Source: Adineta vaga
Taxonomy: Eukaryota; Animalia; Rotifera
Assembly: GCA_021613535.1 (NCBI GenBank)
Contig: CP075497.1
Location: 7,192,001 to 7,256,000 of the forward strand
Direction: 5' to 3'
DNA length: 64,000 nt
In this document: piece by piece, positions 1 to 10,988 of the stretch
How positions within the stretch are numbered: position 1 is the first letter of the stretch
Layout of the letters: every line of letters starts with the position of its first letter
Notes under the pieces: generated by a model
What the model was told of the DNA's origin: nothing
Database searches by the model: none
The model's input: the letters and a program-made list of their open reading frames with translations, nothing else
Translations under genes and position numbers: made by a program

Positions 1-178
1 ACTCTTTTATTCGGAATGAAAGAAGAGAGAGCGATGAAAACGTCCATCCACAATGATTAAATGAGCAGAGAAAAAATCCGAGCTTTTTTCTCATTTCATC
101 CCGACAAGTTCATTTTTGTTTGAATAGAAAAGAATCATTTGTCAACTTTAATTTTCTTTTCCTAGTATTAATATTAAC

Positions 179-2156
179 ATGGATGTAAATACGATTGAAA
201 AGAAAAAATATACAAGAGAAGAAATAGCACAACGGATTATCGATCATGGTGATTTACTTGTTATTTATTTTAATAAAGTTTATCGACTCAATGCTTGGAT
301 TAAACATCATCCTGGTGGAGAAATGGTTATTTTACATATGGTTGGCAAAGTAAGATAAAAAGAAGAAAAGAAAGATAGATATGATAATAAAGTAATCATT
401 TTTTTTCAGGATGCAACTGATGAAATAAATGCATATCATTCGGATCATGTTTTACGTACTAAATTACCATTATTCTATTTTGGAGATGTAGATGATCAAA
501 ATGGTGAAGGTTTTAAATCTCTTATTGCTCCAATACAATATAATTGGCAACAAAGAGATATTAATAATAATCGGGTTCTAACACCTGAATCTTTATTATC
601 TTTTAAAGATGAAAAAATGATACAAGAGACTAATGAACAGAAACATATCATTGAAGCTTATAGAAAACTTGATTATAAACTTCGTTTTCTTGGTAAAAAA
701 AATCATAATCTATTCTTATCTAAACTACAATTTTCTAATTTTTCATAGGTTTATTTCAATGTAATTATTTGGATTATGCTCGAGAATGTATACGTTATTT
801 ATTTCTTGCATGTTTGGCTCTTTATTTCTTCGTGACAGCAACGAAACCGTGGCACTATTACTTATCAGCTATATTTCTCGGTGCTTTCTGGCATCAGTTA
901 ACATTTACCGCACATGATGCCGGTCATCTTGGAATTACACATTCATATCGTATTGATACGTTTATTGGAATGTTTATTGCTAATATATTAGGTGGAATAT
1001 CAATTGGTTGGTGGAAGTATCATCATAATATTCATCATATTGTCACTAATTCACCTGAACATGATCCAGGTGAGAAAATATGATAATTTCTAAAAGATAA
1101 ACACGTCATATGTCTCGACGTGTATTTCGTTAAAAGATTAATATAAATAATCGATATTCATTTTGACATGTTTTTCATTTTACAAGTGAATTGATGATGA
1201 TTATTAATGCATGTTTAGTTATGCATCGAATTCATAGATGATTACTAATGAGATCGAACATTTTCTTGAAATAAACTAATCAAGAATATAAGTCATACTT
1301 GATTCAATTCATAGATAATCTCTGTGAGTATTGGTAGAAATATTTACTAGAGAAAGTCTTAATTCAAATGTATTCGACGGTTTCTAGTCTGATAAAAACT
1401 ACTTTATATTGTTATAGAAATTTACACCATGTCATTTTATAACTGATTCTTTTAGACATTCAACATTTACCATTTTTTGCTATTACACCACGGTTTTTTC
1501 AATCGATTTATTCAACATATCATAAGCGAATTTTATCGTACACCTGGATTTCTGCGGCTATAATTCAATTTCAACATTTCACTTATTACATTATCATGTG
1601 TTTTGCTCGTTTTAATCTTCAAATTCAATCGTATATTTATCTTGTGAAACATCCGAGATCAGCCTATCGCTTTGTTGAATTTTGTTCATTGTTAATGTAT
1701 TGGTATTGGTATATACTCTTACTATCATATATTCCAACTTATACACAACGTTTCCTATATTTATTCATAAGTTATATGGTAACAATGCCATTACATGTTC
1801 AAATAACTTTATCACATTTTGGTATGTCAACTGAAGATTATGGTCCATGTGAATCCTTTCCATCTAAAATGCTTCGAACAACTATGGATATTGCCTGTCC
1901 AACGTGGTTGGACTTTTTCCATGGTGGTTTACAATATCAAGCCGTTCATCATTTATTTCCACGTATGCCAAGACATCACTTACGTCAAGCAAGTTATTTT
2001 GTTAAACAATTCGCTGACGAAGTTGGCCTTACATATCATATGTATGGTTTTGTCAATGGAAATGCTAAAGTGTTGAATGTTTTGAAAGATGTTGCTATGC
2101 AAATCAAACTTATGCGTGATGTTGCAACAACGACAAATATATATGATCATCATTAA
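179..2156 (+). CDS. Cytochrome b5-fused delta-8 sphingolipid desaturase, fungal type (4 exons)
   Basis: Exons 179-349, 410-692, 749-1069 and 1456-2156, with GT-AG introns in consistent frame. b5 motif HPGG...MVGKDATDEINAYH; histidine boxes HDAGH, HNIHH and QAVHH. Blocks WHQLTFTAHDAGH, TNSPEHDPD, PLHVQITLSHF and LDFFHGGLQYQ are typical of fungal SLD enzymes. Confidence 0.9.
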
Positions 2157-2694
2157 TACATTCATCTTTTTAAGTGATTACTTTTTCAATTTCCGGTGTC
2201 GTATTTGTATTATGAATGTTTGTGAAAAGATCCTAAATCTAGTCTTTATTTATGTTTTCGTACATGTGATTAAATAAAGAATACAAAATAAATTAATATT
2301 CAAAAATATATAGCCTTAATACAGCAAAGTTTATATGCGAGTTCTTGATATCTGAAGAATAGTCCAGTCTACTTAATGCTATGATTTCATTGAATCATAC
2401 AATTTACATAAAATTATTATAGTTACTGAATATTTGTACTCGATAAAGTGTTCCTTCTGAATATGAGCGACATCTGTATTATAAATCAAATTGCGTAGTT
2501 AAAAACGACTTTTCTTTTTTTCTATAGTTTTGATTTATAAAGAAATTTTGATATAGAAAAAAAATTGTTTTTCATTATATCAATCAATACGATCTAGAGT
2601 ATTTCCAATACGGTAATAGATTTTCTTTTCTAGTCTAGTAAAACAAAACTAGAATAAGAATAACGTCTTTTTCTTTGGAGATTTAATATCTCAG

Positions 2695-4531
2695 ATGGAA
2701 GAACAAGTGCGACAAGATATTCTTGAAGCAAAAGCACAATTTGAAGTAAACAACAACAAAAAGACATACTTATTTTTGCAAAATGATTAATTCGTTTTTG
2801 TAGAATCAAGATGCTCAATCATCTACATCAACAAATCCCTTATCTCATTTTCGTTTTCGAATAATTCCTAATCTTGAATTTAATGAATTTGATAAATCCT
2901 TCTCCAAATCATCGAATATATCTCCCGAATGGGATCATATTATGAATTGTACTTTAACAACCAAAGGTACGAAGAAAACATTGATTTTCTTCATCAACGA
3001 ACATTTTCATTATTTAGATTTCGAAATGTTAAAACAATCATTATGGTTCATTCGTGATGAAAATGATCTATATATTAGAAGAGCTCTTACTACTGAATAC
3101 ATTCGAGTGTGTTAGTTTAATCAAATCTATTTTTTATACATAAATAATACTATCTTTTCAAAGGTTGTTATTTAACGGATGAAGCTGTAAATGATTGCGC
3201 TGATCATCTTCTTGAATATCTTCATCAAGATGTAGGTGATTCATACTTGAATCTATTGTAATAAATATAAAATATTTCTAGATTGTAAGTACATGGCAAT
3301 ATGATATTAACTTTTTGTTCGAACTTTTACATAATATTGGTGTGAATGTCGAAAAATTGAGTAGTTTATTAACTGAATTAGAAATAAAAGATTTATTAAA
3401 TGAGTAAAGTATTGTAAAGAAAAGTTTTGATTTATATTCGAGAGATTTATTTGTATTTTAGTGTTCAATTAAAATCAAAACTGAATTATTATGAGCAGAC
3501 GAAAAGTCAAGCATCGTCCAATGAAATAATTAATTCAATAAAACGTGTCTTTCGAATTGTTTTATCCATGGGATATTTTCAAGTAGAAAAGTATGAAAAA
3601 AAACATCAATCCAAAATATATTCTCATATTTGTTTAATAATTAGATTGAAATCAAATCTATCCAATGATAATTATTTATTTTTATTTCTACTTGGATTTT
3701 ATTTACAACTTGATAAGCGTTTTCAAGATATTAATATTATTCATATAGCACGACGTTTAATGGTGAATGCATTGACACTAATTACGACAACATATTGGAA
3801 TGAAAAGGTACGTGATCTTCATTGAAATAGATTTTTCATTATAAGATATGTTTGTAATACCAATCGTTCCTTGCTTTCATTCATTCATTCATTCATTTAG
3901 CGTGATTCTCTTGTGAAATGTTTGTATACTTTGTCATCGAAAAATGTTTATATTGTCGAGTTATTTTTAAAAACAAATGAACGTACTGTTCGTATACGAA
4001 CTCAACTTGCTCTATTACATCTGAAACGATTAGTAAATATGATTGAACATGAGAAAAAAAGTGAAGTAAGAGAAGAAAAATGAAATTTTAATGTGTGAAT
4101 ATGTTTGATTGCATTTCTAGGCAATGATTATCGATGAAATCATTCAACATAAACTAAATCCACGTTTATTTGAACGACAAATTGATTTTATTGATTGTGT
4201 ACGATTACTTGGAGATATTGTTGATAGTTATCCAATTGAACAACAAATAGTAAGACTATTTCTAGACGAATTTTTCTTTTTCATTTAATAATAATTTAAT
4301 TCTATTAGAAATGTATTTCAAAACTAATTAATGCTATTCAACCCTATACTAAAGTTACTCATGAGAAATTATTAACAGATGAAGTATGTAATTTAGTTTT
4401 TAATTTAATTCTTCTTCGTCTTTTTCTACTAGCATGTGCTTCTACTTTTCGATGATTGGCAACGATGGACGACAATGCTTAAACTTCATTCGAATGATAA
4501 TGATTTACATAAACGCTTTAAAAGAAAATAA
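2695..4531 (+). CDS. Multi-exon protein, probable divergent SLF2/FAM178 family (SMC5/6 localisation factor, C-terminal domain)
   Basis: About 10 short exons splice into one frame from MEEQVRQDILEAKAQFE to HKRFKRK*. Colinear blocks resemble the SLF2 C-terminal domain as recalled: WQYDINFLFELLHNIGV, FLLGFYLQLDKRF, YWNEK, NERTVRIRTQLALLHL, CVRLLGDIV. Start codon is uncertain. Confidence 0.55.
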
Positions 4532-4629
4532 TTTTTTTTCTCTTATTCTTCATGTTATGAGATATTTAATAAATAGAATTGTTAAATTTATATTATTTTG
4601 TAGATCGATAGAATCAAACCAGACACGCG

Positions 4630-5662
4630 ATGAAAGGTCTGGTCACTTTAGTTACGGGTGGTGCCTCCGGTTTAGGTCTTGCTTGTGCAAAACGATTTTC
4701 TCAACAAGGTTCACGTGTGATTATTTGTGATTTACCAACATCAAAAGGAAGCGAAGTTGTGCAAAAATGGGAGACTATCTCTCAAACTTCAACTCAAGAA
4801 CTCGATGATCAAGCAGAAAAATTAGCTGCTCCACAACATGTATGAATTCTAATTGAAAATCAATATAGATTGTTTTATTATTGTTGTTCTCTTTACAGAC
4901 ACGAGGTGATGCAAAAAATACTAGTGATAACAAGAATACTATTTCTTCTTTGGGTCAACTGAGTCAAACACAAGGACCTCAATTCTTTCCTGCAGATGTT
5001 ACAAACGAACAACAAATTCAAGATATGTTTAATAAAGTTAAAGAAAAATATGGTCGTCTTGATGTTGTAGTTAATTGTGCAGGAATTGGTGTTGCTTTTC
5101 GAACTTATAATATAAATAAAGTAAGAAGAAAAGAAAACAACATTGATGATCAATTCTGTTTCATTCTGATTTCTCTTCTACTTATTTTTAGCGTTCAATG
5201 CATGGTCTTGATGAATTTAAACGTGTACTCAATGTCAATGTTGGTGGTACATTCAATGTAATTCGTTGGGCTTGTCATACAATGGCTGATAATCAGCCAG
5301 ATTCTCAAGGTCAACGTGGAGTTATTATTAACACTGCATCTGTTGCTGCTTATGAAGGTCAAATCGGTCAAGTCGCGTACGCTGCATCTAAAGGTGCAAT
5401 TGTATCTATGACATTACCATTAGCACGTGATTTAGCTAATATGGGTGTTCGTGTTTGTGCTATTGCACCTGGTGTCTTTCATACACCGATGCTTGGTTCT
5501 TTGCCAGCAAAAGTTCGAACATTATTGGGTAATATGGTACCATTTCCAGCTCGATTAGGGAATTCGGATGATTATGCGCATTTAGCACAAGCAATTATTG
5601 AGAATCCTTATCTCAACGGTGAAGTCATTCGATTAGATGGTGCACTTCGTATGCCACCTTAA
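4630..5662 (+). CDS. HSD17B10: 3-hydroxyacyl-CoA dehydrogenase type 2 (scully/MRPP2), SDR family
   Basis: Exons 4630-4839, 4899-5120 and 5192-5662. Motifs [46 protein letters not shown] and C-terminal [15 protein letters not shown]. Confidence 0.95.
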
Positions 5663-7820
5663 TGATTCTTTGAATAATACAGACATGAATTTTCATTTGT
5701 TTGTTTGTTTCAGTTTGATTAAGAAGTTCATATCATTGAAATTTGTTTTCTATTTGTAATCATATAGGCTAAAAGACTGTATTAATACAGAAAAAAGAAA
5801 GCAAATCACTTTGTTAGTAACTGAAAGTTTATCAAGTTTAGGTCGTGTTCATATGAAAAGATTTATATATCAACTTAATCAGGATTAAAATCAGTCATAT
5901 CTTCTTCCTCATTATTTCTACCATCAGATGTTCGAAATGTTTTCAATACTTCATTCGAAGAACAATGTGAACAAACGTCATATGCAGTATGAAAAGGAGC
6001 TGTCACTGAAATTATCCGAATATTAGCAGCTGAATTAATAATAGAAAACAGAAGTGTAGGTACGTTTGTTCCTGGTGCTCTTCTTCGTATGTCATCATAA
6101 TATAGATTATACTCTGACAATCTTTGATTTCTATCTTTCTTTTGATAAACATCACAATTGGTAATTGAATAAAGCTATCTCAAAGATTTTTTCAATTTTT
6201 AAAATAACTTGCAAGAAAACATAGGTCTTTATTTATTACTTTGTCACTTATTCTGATTCCGTAAGAAGAAAAAGATCTATGTAAGATATGTAACTCATAA
6301 ATAACGAACAGATTTCTCTATTATATTATCATTGTTCAAGATTAGTTTTATTATAGAGAGACAAATAATTTTGACATGCTTTTTTTCTATTTAATTTAGT
6401 CAATATCGTTATAAATCAAGAAGAATAGTGCTTCTTCTGCTAAAAACACTCTTTGCAAAGGACTTTTAAATAGGATATACGGGAGGGAATAAATAAATAT
6501 AGCATTCTGTTAAAGATTTTTTTTTTGTTAGAAATTATGAATGATAAATGTCAAATTATAGAGTTTGGTATTTTGATATTGATGTTGTTATTCGAAACAC
6601 TATCATCATTGTCTAATCAATACGTTGCATCACTTCCTACTTTCAATGATCTGTTCAGTACGGTTTTGTCTGATTACCGAACCATCCCAAATAAGAGAAA
6701 GAACAGAAAGATTTCTCTATAAAAAATCTCATGTTATAGAATTGGATGTCATCAAGTTCTATTTCTGAATATGAATTTTCCAAAAATTGTCCTTCACAAA
6801 CTCTTATTATGATGTCTATCGGAAATACGTAACAACTGATAACATATGTTCTAGAGAAAAAGAAACACATGCGAAAGTAAGGAAATAGTGTGAGGGTATA
6901 ATATTTGATCCTCATTATCATCCTCCCACACCCACACTTTCAATATTAAATGTACATACTAAATGAATTACGTCGCATGTATATTAATTGAGTTCATATA
7001 TCTTGACAACCTTGTCGATAAAACAAATGACAGCCATCTGAAAATATTGATCTCATAGATTAAAAAAGTATGAGTTTTACATATTAATGGGAAATAAGCA
7101 TGTGTAATCGAATACTTATGATAAATAGATTTATTGTCAAAAGAATTGAATTTATTCATTTGTCTCGATAATTTAATAAACATCTATCATGATAGACTCT
7201 TTTGATAAAGAAAAGTTTTGATACTATCATACCATCTAATTACCAATCGATATATATATATCATCACACATGTTCAACACTTTCAAATAAGTCCCAAAAC
7301 TACTCTACAAATTGTATTCCTTCTCTCTAGTGATTGAATCTTGTTTAGTACTGATCTGGATGAGTATAAAAGAACTTTTCGTTCAGTAAATATTCTTATT
7401 TCAAATTTCACAGAAGCGTACAATCAATAAATAGAAACAAAATTTTTATATGAACAATAATTTTAATTCGGAAAATATATTATAGTGAAGTATTGAAAGA
7501 TTTTCAATCTGCTGACGTATCTGAGAAGTGAAGGGAGAATTGCGACAAATATTTATACAAAGAAAACCTCACGATCTAAATTGAATACTTAGCAAACATT
7601 TTATTTTTTTTATCTTCTGTTCACAAAACTCCGACGACATATCCGTTTAAATGCGTTTTTAGGTTTCAAACAATAAAAGAACTCTGTTCAGCCCGTTGGC
7701 CCACTTTTATCATCAATGCCAGATGTTGGCTTCTATGGTTCTATAAATATGGTTGAAATTTTCTGTTAAATACTATTCATAATCGATTTACTCATATTAC
7801 AAAACATCAAGACGACAACT

Positions 7821-8275
7821 ATGAAATCGATCCTTATATTCATCTTGTTATTCATCTTAACTATTATGGTTCCTCGCAGTAAGTGTTTTACTAAACGAAA
7901 GAGAAAAAAAACAATAATTGTTTTTATTTACTTTTTTTTCTAGCAATTTCATCTGCTAGTCAGAGAAGTCATTTATACCGTATATTACGAGAATCTCCAC
8001 ATACCATTGTTGATTCAATAATGATGCCAATGGCAAATAATGAAGATGCATCTGATTCGACTGATGAAACTAATTCAAATGAGGAAAAAAGAAGCATTCA
8101 AATTCGTAAGGATTGGAGTTCTGACGAACGTCGTAGTTACATTCAACGATTTAAAAATCGACGACCAATTGAAGCTTTTGGAGCATATAAACGAGATACA
8201 GATATGATGATGATGATGCCACCACGTTCTCGACGTATTAATGGTGGTCTCTGGAATAGCGGTCTTATTGGATAA
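7821..8275 (+). CDS. Neuropeptide precursor (unassigned family)
   Basis: Exons 7821-7878 and 7944-8275. Signal peptide MKSILIFILLFILTIMVP, acidic spacer, several KR/RK/RR sites, and terminal RR-INGGLWNSGLI-G-stop amidation signal. TATA-like ctataaat at about 7741. Confidence 0.75.
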
Positions 8276-9206
8276 GAACAAGAATCGATTTTCTTGTCAA
8301 AAAAAAGAAAAAGTTGCTTTATCTGTTTTTTTTTGCTTTGATTTTATGTGAAAAGTGTAGTTTTTGGATGAGATATGAGTGATTTTTTTGTATTTCTTCA
8401 ACTATGAATGCAGAGGAACATGAGTAAAATAAAATAGTGCTGAAGAAAAGTATCAAAAATTTTTCAAGAATTATACCTCACGTTATTCAAACATCCAACC
8501 ATTCATAACGAAGCTATTCATTGTGAAAAGGAGTAAGTTTTCAACTTGAAAAATATTGCATATCTCAATGTATTTTAGTTGAGCGTAATTTTATTTTTCT
8601 GTATTAGGTTCGAGATTTTCATCTCTATAAAACATACAGATAATAATAGTAAAGTAGAAAAAAGAAATAATTGTGTTAATTGTTATAGAAATAGATTCAA
8701 ACGCGTTTAACATCGTGATGCATCTTTTCGACCCATTCAGTTAAATCATAACAGAAAATATTATATAATTTAGTACGTAGTTTTGTTAGACTTAATAATA
8801 ATGTCAATTCAAGTCGAACAAGACGATCTGCAGTATTAGATAATATTGATATCTTATTGTATCTATGTTCATAATTACAGTAATTTCTGTTGGATGAACT
8901 GCTACAATGTACTTCTAGTTCGCGTCAGACACAATAATAATATGGCTTTACAGATCAATTCGTTATTATCTTGTTTTAATTATAACTTAGCCTGAGAATA
9001 TGAAATGTAATTGTGAAAATACTGTGGAGTTTAGTAGAATATAATAGAGATTATGCTAATTAAGTGTCTAAAAAAATAAGATTTTCAAAAGCCTTTTTTT
9101 AATTGTTCACACGAGTGCATTTATTAAATCCTCTATACAACGATCAAATACGATCGCATCTTAAGTTCATTCACTAACTAACATTTTCTTTCTTGTCGGT
9201 AACAAA

Positions 9207-10205
9207 ATGAATACAATATCTAATACTAGCACTGGAAGTGATATCAGTGCAATAATTACAATATCTTCATTGTCGTATATAGGAGAAGCTATTAATCGTT
9301 TTGTACTAATTATTTATTTAATTCTTGGTATAATTGGAAATATATCCAATATTTTATTATTTACTAGTCCAAACTTAGTTCGAACATCAACTTCATTCTA
9401 TTTATTTTTTGCAGCATTAAGTAATTTATTCGTTATTACTTTTGTTATTTCACTTCGTCTACTAGCAGATGGATTCAGTAATGATTTAACATCATATTCG
9501 TTAGCTGTATGTAGATTGGTATCATACATATATTACATTTTTCTAGCTTTACCACCACTTTTTACTGTACTTGCTTGTGCTGATCGATGGACAGCTAGCT
9601 GTGTACAAATCCATCGACGCAGGTTTGCTACTATTTATATAGCAAAACGAATTATACCATGCACTATAATTTTCTGTTGTCTATTATATTTACATATTCC
9701 TATAACATATAATATTGATTTACGACCACCACCGCCGTATTGTTCAGTTAGTGTAGTTTACGCGATGTTTGTTTTGACGTATCAATTGATTATATACTCT
9801 TTTATACCTCCATCTCTTATGATTCTATTTAGTATTGGTATCATTATTAACGTGCGACAAGAACGTAATCGTGTTCAACCTGATGTTCAACTAACTAATC
9901 GACCAGCAAACAGAATAATAATTCGTCGGTATCCACGTCGCCATCTTAGTCAAATGCAAGTTATGCTCATTTGTCAATCGGTTATCGAATGTATCGTAGC
10001 ACTCTCGTTTGGTATCATCAATATTGTATCTATTATTGTGAATAATGATGAACGTTTCCTTTTTGCCTATTCATTCATTCGTCTTTTTATATTTTTTAAT
10101 TATGTTTCATCATTCTATATTTATACAATGAGTTCAAAGATGTACCGACAAGAACTCAAAAAACTTGTTAAGAAATTCTTTCGCTATATAAAGTATAATC
10201 ATTAA
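9207..10205 (+). CDS. Intronless rhodopsin-like (class A) orphan GPCR
   Basis: 332 aa ORF with seven hydrophobic segments, an N-glycosylation sequon near the N-terminus, GIIGN (TM1), CR at TM3 start, DRW (DRY-like), a Cys in ECL2 and FYIYTMSSKMYRQEL (TM7/helix 8). Confidence 0.9.
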   Translation: MNTISNTSTGSDISAIITISSLSYIGEAINRFVLIIYLILGIIGNISNILLFTSPNLVRTSTSFYLFFAALSNLFVITFVISLRLLADGFSNDLTSYSLAVCRLVSYIYYIFLALPPLFTVLACADRWTASCVQIHRRRFATIYIAKRIIPCTIIFCCLLYLHIPITYNIDLRPPPPYCSVSVVYAMFVLTYQLIIYSFIPPSLMILFSIGIIINVRQERNRVQPDVQLTNRPANRIIIRRYPRRHLSQMQVMLICQSVIECIVALSFGIINIVSIIVNNDERFLFAYSFIRLFIFFNYVSSFYIYTMSSKMYRQELKKLVKKFFRYIKYNH

Positions 10206-10988
10206 ATCTATCATTCTTTGCGGCTATTCGACAGTTCAACGATCGAGATACAGACTCTTTCTTTCCGTGTATGTACCATTCTAAGCCGAATATATTTAAT
10301 AAAGAAAAGAAAAAGAAATTTGTCATTTTCGCCTACGTACCTCTCTCTGAACAGAATCTTCGGGCGAATACAGCCAAATATTTTTTTAATGATTAAAAAG
10401 TTTAAAGGAGATTTATTGTGCAGTCGTGCATTGTGGGTGGCATATGAAAGAAACTATACTAACAAGTTCTGTATGGCGTTCGTGATAGATATATGATCAT
10501 CAATACTAATCATGAAGTTAGCACAGTAATAACATTGTTTTAATATGAGTAAATAGCTGTAATTTGTTATTTATGGATTGAATTTATATCATGCGACAAA
10601 CAATGTAATGAGAGATTTGCTATCAAAAGATAAGCAAACAGGATGATTATTCTTATATAATTTTTAAACGTAATGAAAACATATTACGAGGATCTAATCA
10701 CGTTCTCATCAAACTTATGCAACAGTTTCTAAATTCATTCATTAAAAATGTTATTTAAATGCTGATCATTGCCGCTTCGGCAAGACCGATTTTTACATTT
10801 TATGTTCTCGTAAATCATATGATAATCTGAATATTGAATAATGAGACTGATCAGTACTTTTAAAAAGGCATTCATATATTTATTAGAATAGGTTTGATTA
10901 TATAATTGTTAATATATCTTCACACACACAAAGATAATATATTCTATCAAAACGAGAAAGACAAAAAAAAATGAACATTGTTTTATGT

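Noticed and set aside
5875-6160. Minus-strand 81 aa ORF with CSHC
   Set aside because: No ATG start, convincing upstream exon or recognisable domain; may be a decayed gene or transposon fragment.
6925-6936. (CCCACA)2, resembling a bdelloid telomeric repeat
   Set aside because: Only two units, which is compatible with chance, and no adjacent retroelement sequence.
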